Shown here: one piece after another, positions 45,275 to 56,033 of the stretch | How positions within the stretch are numbered: the stretch's first letter is position 1 | Layout of the letters: each line of letters opens with the position of its first letter | IMG/VR virus record: IMGVR_UViG_3300028197_001183 | Coordinates: 1-64,000 of that record | Length of the DNA: 64,000 nucleotides | Direction: 5' to 3' (one strand) | Source: a virus | Taxonomy: Duplodnaviria > Caudoviricetes | Position numbers and translations under genes: made by a program | The notes under the pieces: generated by a model | Database searches by the model: none | What the model saw: only the letters and a program-made list of their open reading frames with translations | Told to the model about the DNA's origin: nothing

Positions 45275-48200
45275 GCAAGAGCAATGGATCTGAGATCAGC
45301 TATGAGTGGTACTCGTGCTTGATTTTTAGATCTCATTACAATCTTCACTTGGAAGGCGTTAAAGTTAAGTCCCCTTGCTTCATATGTATAATCCTTCCAA
45401 AGGTATTCTTCTGTAGGAGTTGTATCATATGCTTCACCTAAGTTTTGATTGGAAGTGGGGAGACCCATTTGTGTCCAACCAATAGTCTGAGGATCAGTTG
45501 CATCACCAACCTTGAATGCCTTGTAGTAAATACGAAGCTCGGTAGCAGGGTGACGGGTAACTTGGAAGTCAATCTTCAGTGAGCGTGCTTCTTTACCCAA
45601 ACGTGCGAGACGTGTGACATAGACAGCATCATTTTGATCACCAATTGCAAGAGTAGAAACATCCTGGTCTCTATCAATTTGTGATTGCTGACCGTAAGTT
45701 GATTGTCCACCTGGCCACATATTCACGCGGTTAGATGTTGTAATCAGTGACACACGGTCAAGGTCAATACAAGGTGAGAGGGATGATTTCTCAGTCTCAA
45801 GCATGATTGACATAGTAAGAGACTTGTTACCATCCAGTTTGTTTTGCTCATTAATCTTAGATGCTACCATCTGAGGAGCAGTAAACTGGTTTTGCTCATT
45901 CAATACAATGTCAACATAAGTGCCATTATTGATGAAAGAGTTTTGGTCAACTACATTAGATCCATCACCAACGGATGTAGCAGTAGTGGTATTCAATCTT
46001 GCTGATATTTGTGTGTCTGCCATAACCATCGTAGACACCGTAGGTGTAATGGTTTCAAACTGGACATTCTGCGAAGAATAAACGTTAGTGCCACCACCAC
46101 GAATACCGTTAGTCGCAACACTATCAATGTGCAACATGTAGGTATCTAACCATGGGCAAGAGATAGTAGTATGGACCTTATTGATTTGGGTTAGAGGAAT
46201 GCCATCAAGGTTGTAGCATTCAACAACTGCACCAGAGGCGTGCTCAACATCAGCAGTGCCATTGTTACCTCTACCAGAGGTTGCCACTGTGATAACTTGA
46301 CCGTTAGAAGAGATCGAAGAGTATTGAATAATCTCATCTTCAATCTTCAAATAACCTTGGTTAAGGTTGCCAATTGGAGATCCACCAATAATGATATGGA
46401 ATTGAGATCCGTCATTGACCTGAATTGAAGTTGATCCAGCAGTCAGAGTAGTTGTCAACGTAGTAGGAGGCACTTCGGAGATAATACCCTCAACCTCAAC
46501 GTTGTTGCTACGTTGGTGCATACCATGGTTTCTGTGATAAACCAATACTTCCTTGTCATCATTAGGATAAGAAGGAGCAGCAGTTGGGAATGCATTGTAG
46601 GAATCGCCGCTGTAGGTGACGCTAGTGATCGTTGCAGATGTGCCACCTGGCTCAGATAGAGTATCCGAAAGATCGTATGCTCTAGTGATGTAGTTAAGTG
46701 TCAATGTCTGGGTCCCAGTATCATATGCTGTGACAACACCAGTTGAAGCAGATGTGGATCCACTTACAACATCACCAACTTCAAACGTGCCGTTAAAGAT
46801 TGCAGACAGGACAATCGTGGCGACAGATTGGGAAGAGGCGATGCCTTGGAATGTATTGTTGTTAGCATCGAGGAAACCAGCAGACCAGATACCGTCAATA
46901 TCTGAGATAGTAATGGTTTCAGGATCAGTAGTTGCGTCAAATTCAGTAATCGTGCCTTCTGCATTAGAAGGTGTTTGGACGATTCTTGCACCAACTGTAA
47001 ATGTGTAGTTGGTACCCACAGGAAGCGTGAGAGTCTGCTTAGGTTTCAGAGTCTGAATTGGATTTTCAATCAGTCTGTGAATACCATTGTTACCCTTACC
47101 AAGCTCAGCGTTGTTAAAGATCGCAGTGCCCAGATTCTGAGTAAACTCAGCACGATACATTGTAAACTTAAGATCTTCATACTGGTCAGCAGTCCAGGTA
47201 GAAGCGTTTTGGGACTTGAAGAGCACACCAGCATATGGTTGCTCGGAAATTGTCCTTGTGCCTGTCACATCAACGTCACCCATTCTGGAGATCCAAACGT
47301 TATATTCGTTGGAGTCAGACAGAAGCACGAAGCAATATTCAATGTTTGATTTAATATAAACAGGAGATCTGAATGTAAATCTTGTAGGAATACTTGCGTT
47401 TTCCGACAACTCCACAGTGTCAGGATCGATAGTAGTATCAGAGAAAGGAATAATATCCTTGGTAGGATAACCATTCTCCATTGTCCTGATCTGAATTGAG
47501 ATAGGAATGTTAGCGTCCTTAGTCCTGAAGAAGATGTCAACACCTGTCAAGAATACGCCGCCTTCCGAATCGCAAATAAAGGATTGTGCAAGAGGGTCAT
47601 ACCAACCAATCTGACGTTGCTCAGTTCTGGTAGTAATAACAGTCCTTTCATCGTTAACTGTATCGCGGACGATCTCAGCATTACGCATAGCAAGGATGTT
47701 TTCTCTAACAGTCTGTAAGGTGCCAGTTGCAGAGTATGCTGCATCTGCAGAAGAGTCTACATTTCCAGGAGTCCTATCATTAGTATCCGAAGTTGTGACT
47801 CTAACCGTCCTTGTGCCAGTTGCCCAGCGTGGGTTAGAATCATTCTTAGGAGAAGGAATGAAGAAAGTACCTTGTAGGTTACCAACGTTATCAGCAAGAA
47901 GACGACGGTCTCTTACAACAGCACGAGCGCCAGAGGTCAGTCCAAGAAGGACTTCACCCACGTTGACGTTACCGTAGAAGTTGGGGTTGACTGTCTCTGC
48001 CATTGCAGTGATATCAATATTCAAGAAGTTGGTTTGTGATGCATAAGACTCAGCAAGTCCAGTTGCACCAACACCATAGGGGTCAGTCTTATATCCATCA
48101 TTAGCAGGAGCAACTAATATTCTTGCACCAGAAGTCTGACCCACCACAGTTTCACCAACCACGAAAGGAGTTTCGTTGGAGTTGGGATCTGAAGTAGAAG

Positions 48201-51200
48201 ACTTAGTAAGCTCAATAACCTTGGGTGTTACATAACCACTGACATTAACGCCATCGAAGAAGTAATACATTCTTGTGCGAGGTTTCAGACGGTCGATGTT
48301 GAAACCAATGTTTCTAGACCTAATCCAAGGGATTGCTGTTTGCGACAGCATAGTGTCACCTAAAGACTTACGATCAATCTTGGGAGTAACACGAGTCCTA
48401 ACACCTTGACGTGCTTGGTTGTTAACAACACGATAGGTGCGTCTCTCATGCACAAACAGAGGTTGACGACCTTGACCATGACCCAATCTACCAAGTCTAC
48501 GACCACCAGAGGCGAAACTACCAGATCTGTTGGAGAATCTAGAAGTAGATTGGACCGACTCACCAGTCCAGTTAGTTTGCCAACCACCCCATTGGATAGG
48601 AGCAAAACCATTCTGGTCAATCTGAAGGTCTCTAGCAACAGCAGAGAAGTCACCTTCAACGTTTTCAACACGAGCAGGAAGACGCTCGATATCAATCCAG
48701 TCGTCAGATGCAGGTGTCAGGTCAATACGACCAATGAATGTAAACACGTTGAATGGGTTAACATTCTCAGTCCTAGATGCATATGGTTGGGTAATGATTG
48801 CCAAATCTTCGTAAGGCAGCATCACCATGTTTCCAGTAGTCTTAACGACGTTGCTGGATGCACCCATGTTAATTTGCAGGGGCACATTAGTAGTATAGTG
48901 TGAAGGACGGAGGTGACCCTCCTTAAAGTCCATAGAGCACTTATAGTCAATACTGAGCACGTCACCAACAGTGTGGTCGGTAAAGTCATCTACAACATAA
49001 CCATTCTTCAGGCGGTCGAAACCGTTATCATCATATGTTTTAGTATTATCTGCTTGTACTTCCAACAGAGACAATGAAGTGTAATACTCAACATGAGAGA
49101 GTCTGGTCTCCAGATCTCCAATGTCCTTCATTGTATAGCGTTTAATGATCTCAGGATAGATCAAAACATCACGCTCAACGTCATACACATATGGACGCAT
49201 CTCAATCGTTGCGAGAAGCATCGCATTATCAATTTTATCAGGATGAGGAAGATTCTCAGATGACACACCCTTGACAATCTTCAGTTTGTTATCATGTGTC
49301 AAATACAACTTGTCTGCTCTAGGAAGATAGAAGCAGTAGTCACATCTAAATTCTGTGTTGACCTTTGGTATATCAAAGATGGTAGATCCACCAACACCAC
49401 CAGAGGTATCAAATTGCCTAGATCCAAAATCAAGTGACGCACAATTCACAAAGAACGGTGACGTGATGGTGCCAGATCCAGATGCTAATTCACCGATACC
49501 AGGACGGAAGTCAATCTGGTCACGGATATAGTTAATTGATCCATCCAGTTTATACTTAGGAATCTCCTTATACATGATGCCAGTGTAAGACTGGGCTGAG
49601 AAGTAGTCACCTGAAGACTCATGCAAGAAGTAATCAAAGACCACGAGTACCTTACGGATTGGAGGAGAGAATCCAGGAAGACGAGTCAGTTTGCAAACAT
49701 CATAGAAGTGTGCTTTCTGACCACTCTCCAACTCAAACTGAGTTGTGATAACCTTAGATCCTTTAGAAACAGATCCTTCAGAGTCATCAACAATTGCCTG
49801 TAAAGGATTGCTATCATCATCAACACCATCGATGGTTTCACCAGGGATGAATGGAATTTCGTTAAGAGCAACAAAGTACAGTCTCAGGGTGCTGTTGACA
49901 AACTGCACGACTCGACCACGAGCACCAGAGGTTTTACCAACAACAACTGTGCCGTTATCAAAGAAAGTAGATTCTGACAACACCATGTAAGGTGATTCAG
50001 CATCATTATCATTCTCAGATTCATACACAGCATGAATTTTATAGACATCATTCAATGCAAATGAAATCTCTTCATCTTCAATACGGGTGCCATACAGGTT
50101 ACCATATGCCAGACCATACTTGGTTTGGTCATTGTTAACTCGTGTGCGGGTCACCTTCATTGCACGCATCTTAGCGGCAGTCTTAATTTTTCTAGTGACA
50201 ATATTCTTAGAGATAAGAGCAGTCAACTTAACGGTGTTGACATTAGTCAAACCAGAGATGGTAATAGACTGTGCATCAGCACCAAAGGTAACAGTCAGAG
50301 ATCCAAGGTCATTGAGGTTATCAATGTCAAGGTTATCACCAACGTTATATGAAGATCCAGACTCAGCAACAATCGTCAATACATAGTTTTCATCATCAAG
50401 TGATGCAAACTGCTCAGATTCAGGCAGAGATACAGTAACACCACCAGACACAACGGTCTTATTAGCGAATGTCCTATAGACAAAGAATGATTCGTCAGAG
50501 ATTGACTTCATCGATGTGCGAGGTGTGTCAATAGACAACTCGCCATTCTGGTAGTCTTTTTGGAAGATGAAAGGACGCATCCTTACCATCTCAGAATACT
50601 CACCGTCAGCGTTACCACTACCCTTCTTAAGGGAGGCATCCATAACAGCAGTTTGGGCGAGGTAATCAAAGATTGCTGCTCCACCTGTAGCGATGTTACC
50701 AGTGTTGGTAGCAATCAGTGTAGGATCAACTCTCTTAATTCTTAAAGTATTGGCACCATTTAGACCAGATGCAGTTGTAGTAACAACATCACCAGGACGA
50801 AGATCTTGTGCAAACTTGGTCCTAAAACCTGTAGCAAGAGCACCAGTACCACTAACGGTAACAGTAGAAGACTCAATAGATGATGCATCATTTAGCAACC
50901 AGTTTGCTGCAAATGTTACAACGTTGCTACCATTTCTACCAAGAGAGCGGCGGACATCAGACAGGTTATAAGTATGTGCTGCTTCTAGCGTGCCGATCAC
51001 ACGACCATCTCTTTCAACAACTTCGTTGTTAAGGAAACGACCAGAGACCTGCTCTAGTTTGCAGTGGGTGCCACTACCATTGTCAGCAACAAAACCACGA
51101 GCACCAGAGGTGCGACCTCTTAATACATCACCAATAGCAACAGAGTTGTTACCAGAAGCAAAGTTGACGGCAGTAAACATCTGTGGGTCAAAGAACCACA

Positions 51201-52575
51201 TGTCATACTGGTTTGTCTGATCAACTTGAATCTGTACAATACGAGCACGACCGATTTGAGTGCCGACAACTGAGTTGGATACACCAACATTCCAGTCATC
51301 ATATAATTCAATAACTTGGTATGCATCAGATACACCTTCACCAGTTAGGTCAGCCCAACCATACTGATCATAGACCTTAACAAAGTTGCCAAGTCTAAAA
51401 TGGATAATTCCATTTTCTACACAAGAGAAATCTCTAGGTTTGGGAGAGTCAATATACTGAGGTGTAAGGAATTCAGTCCTGTATCCTTTAACGTACGCTC
51501 TACCAGGAGAGATCTCATAACTTAAGAGATCATCTGTAGGAGTATTGTTTTGCTGAGTCGTTTGAGCAGGAGTGTAGACCCCGTTGTTAAACCCATCATC
51601 AAGACATTCTCTTGCCTTGATACTGAAAGTGTCGATAACATAGTCACCAGACTCTTCATATGTCCGACGTGCAAGAGACTTCTCAAGCTCTGAGTATGCA
51701 GTATGATCAACAAACTGCTCAACTTTACTGTTGTTGATTCGTAGTAATTCAACGAAGTTTTTGTCAGTTGAATCATTGATTGCTTTCTTAACAAGCGTAG
51801 TCTTAATCTTAAATCTATGACCGCCAGGTGCTGAGTAGTTTGAAGTGCCTGCAGCATTGTCATTCAGTGACGGATCGTCTTCTGGGGTAACAATAGATTC
51901 ACTAACTTCTAAACCAACCCTATAAGAAGGGTTATTGCTATATTGCTCAAGGATCAGGTTTGCAGATTCAACATCAACAAAGTGACCTCTAATAAAGTAC
52001 ACACCATTGTTAATGTATGCAGCAGATGCAACCGCAGTAGAGTCAACGGGTAGCAACTGTCCAAATGGTGATCCAATTTCAATCAGTGTTGTGCCGAAAG
52101 TAATTTCGTTTTGGGCAAGCAACTGTTCGTTTGGTTGGAATCCTTTAATGGTGGTGTCAGAAACTGTATCACCAGACTCAATATACTTAACGTATAAAGT
52201 AACGTAACCACGCTCAGATTCTGAACCAGCAATTGAATACAAGACCTTTGCTTTCACGCCAGTCGTGATGCCCTCAATAATCTGACCGTGTAGCTGAGTC
52301 CTGTAGGTTTCGACATCTACACCTAGGAATGATTGTTGCAGAATGATTGCCTGAACATTCAGGTCATAACCGACCTGACCAGGAATAACCATCGCACCTT
52401 CTTTGAAGAAGTGTTGACCGATGGATTCAATCTGATTCTGGAGAATCGATTGTAGAGTCGTTAATTCACGAGCTTGGATAGGATACCCAGGTCGAAACAA
52501 CACTCGGTAGAAATTCTTATCCTTATCGAAGTCGTCGAAATAAGGAGCAATATTTAGATTGGTATTCTGGGGCAT
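45268..52575 (-). CDS. Large baseplate/virion structural protein (DUF4815/VrlC-like, 2435 aa)
   Basis: NLN..PYFDDF...VLF.PG.PIQARELT.LQS.LQ.Q; DPLAQSF; LFKSQN..TW; follows g8. Confidence 0.85.
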   Translation of the reverse strand: MPQNTNLNIAPYFDDFDKDKNFYRVLFRPGYPIQARELTTLQSILQNQIESIGQHFFKEGAMVIPGQVGYDLNVQAIILQQSFLGVDVETYRTQLHGQIIEGITTGVKAKVLYSIAGSESERGYVTLYVKYIESGDTVSDTTIKGFQPNEQLLAQNEITFGTTLIEIGSPFGQLLPVDSTAVASAAYINNGVYFIRGHFVDVESANLILEQYSNNPSYRVGLEVSESIVTPEDDPSLNDNAAGTSNYSAPGGHRFKIKTTLVKKAINDSTDKNFVELLRINNSKVEQFVDHTAYSELEKSLARRTYEESGDYVIDTFSIKARECLDDGFNNGVYTPAQTTQQNNTPTDDLLSYEISPGRAYVKGYRTEFLTPQYIDSPKPRDFSCVENGIIHFRLGNFVKVYDQYGWADLTGEGVSDAYQVIELYDDWNVGVSNSVVGTQIGRARIVQIQVDQTNQYDMWFFDPQMFTAVNFASGNNSVAIGDVLRGRTSGARGFVADNGSGTHCKLEQVSGRFLNNEVVERDGRVIGTLEAAHTYNLSDVRRSLGRNGSNVVTFAANWLLNDASSIESSTVTVSGTGALATGFRTKFAQDLRPGDVVTTTASGLNGANTLRIKRVDPTLIATNTGNIATGGAAIFDYLAQTAVMDASLKKGSGNADGEYSEMVRMRPFIFQKDYQNGELSIDTPRTSMKSISDESFFVYRTFANKTVVSGGVTVSLPESEQFASLDDENYVLTIVAESGSSYNVGDNLDIDNLNDLGSLTVTFGADAQSITISGLTNVNTVKLTALISKNIVTRKIKTAAKMRAMKVTRTRVNNDQTKYGLAYGNLYGTRIEDEEISFALNDVYKIHAVYESENDNDAESPYMVLSESTFFDNGTVVVGKTSGARGRVVQFVNSTLRLYFVALNEIPFIPGETIDGVDDDSNPLQAIVDDSEGSVSKGSKVITTQFELESGQKAHFYDVCKLTRLPGFSPPIRKVLVVFDYFLHESSGDYFSAQSYTGIMYKEIPKYKLDGSINYIRDQIDFRPGIGELASGSGTITSPFFVNCASLDFGSRQFDTSGGVGGSTIFDIPKVNTEFRCDYCFYLPRADKLYLTHDNKLKIVKGVSSENLPHPDKIDNAMLLATIEMRPYVYDVERDVLIYPEIIKRYTMKDIGDLETRLSHVEYYTSLSLLEVQADNTKTYDDNGFDRLKNGYVVDDFTDHTVGDVLSIDYKCSMDFKEGHLRPSHYTTNVPLQINMGASSNVVKTTGNMVMLPYEDLAIITQPYASRTENVNPFNVFTFIGRIDLTPASDDWIDIERLPARVENVEGDFSAVARDLQIDQNGFAPIQWGGWQTNWTGESVQSTSRFSNRSGSFASGGRRLGRLGHGQGRQPLFVHERRTYRVVNNQARQGVRTRVTPKIDRKSLGDTMLSQTAIPWIRSRNIGFNIDRLKPRTRMYYFFDGVNVSGYVTPKVIELTKSSTSDPNSNETPFVVGETVVGQTSGARILVAPANDGYKTDPYGVGATGLAESYASQTNFLNIDITAMAETVNPNFYGNVNVGEVLLGLTSGARAVVRDRRLLADNVGNLQGTFFIPSPKNDSNPRWATGTRTVRVTTSDTNDRTPGNVDSSADAAYSATGTLQTVRENILAMRNAEIVRDTVNDERTVITTRTEQRQIGWYDPLAQSFICDSEGGVFLTGVDIFFRTKDANIPISIQIRTMENGYPTKDIIPFSDTTIDPDTVELSENASIPTRFTFRSPVYIKSNIEYCFVLLSDSNEYNVWISRMGDVDVTGTRTISEQPYAGVLFKSQNASTWTADQYEDLKFTMYRAEFTQNLGTAIFNNAELGKGNNGIHRLIENPIQTLKPKQTLTLPVGTNYTFTVGARIVQTPSNAEGTITEFDATTDPETITISDIDGIWSAGFLDANNNTFQGIASSQSVATIVLSAIFNGTFEVGDVVSGSTSASTGVVTAYDTGTQTLTLNYITRAYDLSDTLSEPGGTSATITSVTYSGDSYNAFPTAAPSYPNDDKEVLVYHRNHGMHQRSNNVEVEGIISEVPPTTLTTTLTAGSTSIQVNDGSQFHIIIGGSPIGNLNQGYLKIEDEIIQYSSISSNGQVITVATSGRGNNGTADVEHASGAVVECYNLDGIPLTQINKVHTTISCPWLDTYMLHIDSVATNGIRGGGTNVYSSQNVQFETITPTVSTMVMADTQISARLNTTTATSVGDGSNVVDQNSFINNGTYVDIVLNEQNQFTAPQMVASKINEQNKLDGNKSLTMSIMLETEKSSLSPCIDLDRVSLITTSNRVNMWPGGQSTYGQQSQIDRDQDVSTLAIGDQNDAVYVTRLARLGKEARSLKIDFQVTRHPATELRIYYKAFKVGDATDPQTIGWTQMGLPTSNQNLGEAYDTTPTEEYLWKDYTYEARGLNFNAFQVKIVMRSKNQARVPLIADLRSIALAT

Positions 52576-52578
52576 CGT

Positions 52579-54114
52579 TTAGAACTCTACTACGATCTTA
52601 ATGTCTTCGATTTGGTCACCAGCACGAGTGATAGCGCCTCTATTATCTATGTAAATAACCCGACCCGAATTTGGCTCAACCTCAGGTTTTGCATAACCGT
52701 TGGTAAAAGACATACCCAAGTCATACTCAGTGTTGTTAATAACACGAGTAGATGCACCTGATACAATTGGGAAGTTGATATCAGGGTCTGCAGATGCACC
52801 AGATGTTGCACCCACAACAGGGTTACCACCCTCAAACTCAATTAGACTACCAGTGAATTCAGGGAAGACACCATCAATTCTATTCTGGTAATACTTAAGC
52901 ACTTTGGTTGTGCTATTCCATGAGATCACACGCCCACGGGCAGTCACTTGCTGACCACCAATTGTGCGAGACTGTGTCATAATTTCGTCAGTAGCAAAGT
53001 TACCCGTAAAGGTAGGAGCAAAGATAACTGACTTTGTGGCGGACAGAGTAAGATCTGCTGCCAATTCTGTTGTGCCGAATTTGTTGGGGTTGATCACCAG
53101 ACCAATACGACGGTAGTCGTTATCAGTTGGGAAGTCACCACTACCCTCAGCGTAGGTAAATTTGGTGTTGATCATGACTCGGTATCCACCCATTTCTGTC
53201 CCTGGCTCAGCACCATGACCGACAGTTGGGGGAATGATCACTTCAACGGTGCCACCTGATCCTGCACCTGCACCGATACCGTTGACTTCATCGATGATGA
53301 CTTTACCGAAGGTGTATCCTGATCCACCCGATGTGACAGTAGCATTAACAATACGCCCCCCATCGACAACCAGAGAAACACGACCGCCAACACCATCTCC
53401 TTTGATAGGCACATTCTCGTAGGTACCATTGTTATATCCTGCACCAGAAGAAGAAATAATAACTGTATCAATCTCACCACCGATTGCATCAGACACCACA
53501 GCGGTGTCACTCAGCACAGGCATGTATTCGTTAGAGAAGAATTTCAGTACAAGACCCACAGGGATCGTATACATATACTTCCAACGATAACCGTCAGCAG
53601 TGGTAATAATAGAAGTTGAAGTACCCGTAGGCTCAACAGTAGAAGGCTTACCGTTAGGATCACTAGGGGATGTCCCGTTATAGATGCACTTATAGACTTG
53701 ATACGATGAGTTAACAACGTAAAAGTCTGCATCATAAAGTTTGGTAGCACCAGAAGATGCGGTTTTAGTTGCACTGTAGTCATGACGATACATATCGTAA
53801 ACATAACCCAAGCCACCAGTGGTCTGCTCAGGAGGAATCCAGTCAGTCCTACGAATAACTTGAATAGTATCATTCGCCAGCACCCGCTTCATTGATATCA
53901 TGTCAGCGAAGTCATCGCTAAACTCTTGGAAAGAGTCCACAGGATCGGGCGCTGCATTCTCGTTATCCCAAGGTTGGGGACGACCGATGAAAACATACAG
54001 ACGATCACGACTACTTCCAGCATCACTATCAGTCTGAGCAGGATCGGGACCTTGCAAAGACTTGATGAGCCGACTGGCAGTAAAAATTCTAAATTGGTCG
54101 GTTAATAGCGCCAT
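52579..54114 (-). CDS. g8: Baseplate wedge protein gp8
   Basis: Y.FIGRPQ.W...VYKC..NG...DGY.WKYMYTI...G.VIYIDNR..ITR..DQ.EDIKIV.EF. Confidence 0.92.
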   Translation of the reverse strand: MALLTDQFRIFTASRLIKSLQGPDPAQTDSDAGSSRDRLYVFIGRPQPWDNENAAPDPVDSFQEFSDDFADMISMKRVLANDTIQVIRRTDWIPPEQTTGGLGYVYDMYRHDYSATKTASSGATKLYDADFYVVNSSYQVYKCIYNGTSPSDPNGKPSTVEPTGTSTSIITTADGYRWKYMYTIPVGLVLKFFSNEYMPVLSDTAVVSDAIGGEIDTVIISSSGAGYNNGTYENVPIKGDGVGGRVSLVVDGGRIVNATVTSGGSGYTFGKVIIDEVNGIGAGAGSGGTVEVIIPPTVGHGAEPGTEMGGYRVMINTKFTYAEGSGDFPTDNDYRRIGLVINPNKFGTTELAADLTLSATKSVIFAPTFTGNFATDEIMTQSRTIGGQQVTARGRVISWNSTTKVLKYYQNRIDGVFPEFTGSLIEFEGGNPVVGATSGASADPDINFPIVSGASTRVINNTEYDLGMSFTNGYAKPEVEPNSGRVIYIDNRGAITRAGDQIEDIKIVVEF

Positions 54115-54138
54115 TGGTTACCAATTATCCTATAGATT

Positions 54139-54145
54139 TATTTAT
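54139..54145 (-). promoter_or_regulatory. Late promoter (g8)
   Basis: ATAAATA. Confidence 0.7.
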
Positions 54146-54149
54146 GGGG

Positions 54150-56033
54150 TTAATACTCACCCTCATTTCTGAGGAATTTGTTATACTCGACTGCGATGAT
54201 TTTTGCTTGAGCACCAGAGGTGTTTCCTTGCAATGTCTCACCAGCAGCAAATTTGTAAGTTGGATCATTACTTTGGATTGATTTAACATCCAAATAATAT
54301 TGACCTGACCTAGGTGCAAGTCTTCTTGCTGTTGTAGTTGCTGTGATGCCAGATGTCTGTCCAGCTACGACCTCTTCACCACCTGCAGTGGGGACATTAA
54401 ACAGAGAAGCCGTAATGTATTCAATTGTAATAATTGCAGTAGAGATATGTGAATCACCATCTCCTAATGCACCTGCAGATTGGACAGTAGCAACCAGTTG
54501 GTTAGGACTACCATCATAAATTTGATCACCAATTTGGAAGAGTGTGGTATTTGTGCCACCCAATTCTTCCTCAATACCATATTTAGACGAGGCAACGCCT
54601 CCATCTAAATTAACTTGGGATTCATAATCCGTTCCTGTGTTAAGAAGATCGGGAATACCATCTCCAAACTGTTGGATACCATCAGCATCAACATACTCTT
54701 CGTCATTATCTTCAAATTTTCTATTTTGGATAATTGTAAAAGGTGTGGTAAATGCAACAATATCATTACCTTCCAATTCAACCAGAGTATGTGGTGCAAC
54801 ACCAGTTGAAGATGATCCAGAAGTGCCTGCAAAGAATGCGATAATTTTAGACTTCTCACCTGATCTGCCAGCATCAATAAATGCCAACTCATCAACTTGG
54901 AATGTTAGATATAATGCTCGCTCGGTCTCATCCCAGTCATAGACAATAGCGACTCTATTAGTTGCGTTTTCAACAACACGTCTAACTTTATCAGTAACTT
55001 GGAAATTATAAAGAGTGTCTCCCGTTGCGGCATCATTTTGGAGAGTATCAAGAATGATCTTTTGGTCAAATCTAAAGTTTGTGCCCCTGTCACATCCATC
55101 AAATGTTGTAGCAGTTTTACCTGTATATCTAACAATTTCTCTACCAAGAAGGAATTTACCAGATCCAGGATAAGGTGCAGTTGATTCAACATGAATGGTT
55201 TCGGTGCCAGTTGTCACGTCGGTCAGAATACCTGACAAATTATAAACAACAGAGTTTAGAGACTGTCTGTTTCTCGCAGTCTTGATTAGGTTTGTATCTC
55301 TAGTAAAGATGACCTGAGGGGAATTTACATAACCAGCACCACCTGCTATGAGGTCGATAGAAGTAATAGCACCAAGATCAATAAATGCCGCAGCACTAGC
55401 ACCAGATCCACCACCACCAATAATTTGAATTAGGGGAGGATCTTCAAAGAATTCACCAGAGTTAGTGAGGGTAATTGCCGTAACTTTACCAAATGGGTTT
55501 ACACCAGCAACACCAGTTGCACCTTGACCACCACCACCTGAGATGATAATGTTGACATCTTCTTCGGTATAGTTTCTACCAAACTCTTCAATAGCAAGAC
55601 CTGTGACTAGACCTGTGATAGGCACCAACTCAGATCCAGATCCACCACCACCTTTAACTTCTGCGTCAGTGGCATAGTATTCATCACCAAACTGAGTCAT
55701 CTGAATGAAGTCAATACCGCCGTCATCCTTCAGGAAGATCTTACCTTGAGCAGGGACAGATGCATCTTCATCTACAATTTCCAGACGCATGGGATCATAC
55801 CCTTCACCTGGATCCAACACTTCTACAGCAGTGATCTCACCACGAATACCATCGATGACTGGTCTAAGTACAGCATCTCTAATGGGTGTGCCGCAATTTT
55901 CAATACGAAGTCTAGGGGGGTCAGCGGGATCATACCCACTACCTCCTGCAGTAACATAAACTTCTCTTACCCCGAATATACTATTAAATACGGGGAAAAT
56001 TGAAGCACCAGATCCAGGGACTGTTCTTGTCAT
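54150..56033 (-). CDS. Virion structural protein with G.GY...P...GGGG.GA repeats
   Basis: Gly-rich repeats typical of cyanophage baseplate proteins. Confidence 0.75.
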   Translation of the reverse strand: MTRTVPGSGASIFPVFNSIFGVREVYVTAGGSGYDPADPPRLRIENCGTPIRDAVLRPVIDGIRGEITAVEVLDPGEGYDPMRLEIVDEDASVPAQGKIFLKDDGGIDFIQMTQFGDEYYATDAEVKGGGGSGSELVPITGLVTGLAIEEFGRNYTEEDVNIIISGGGGQGATGVAGVNPFGKVTAITLTNSGEFFEDPPLIQIIGGGGSGASAAAFIDLGAITSIDLIAGGAGYVNSPQVIFTRDTNLIKTARNRQSLNSVVYNLSGILTDVTTGTETIHVESTAPYPGSGKFLLGREIVRYTGKTATTFDGCDRGTNFRFDQKIILDTLQNDAATGDTLYNFQVTDKVRRVVENATNRVAIVYDWDETERALYLTFQVDELAFIDAGRSGEKSKIIAFFAGTSGSSSTGVAPHTLVELEGNDIVAFTTPFTIIQNRKFEDNDEEYVDADGIQQFGDGIPDLLNTGTDYESQVNLDGGVASSKYGIEEELGGTNTTLFQIGDQIYDGSPNQLVATVQSAGALGDGDSHISTAIITIEYITASLFNVPTAGGEEVVAGQTSGITATTTARRLAPRSGQYYLDVKSIQSNDPTYKFAAGETLQGNTSGAQAKIIAVEYNKFLRNEGEY

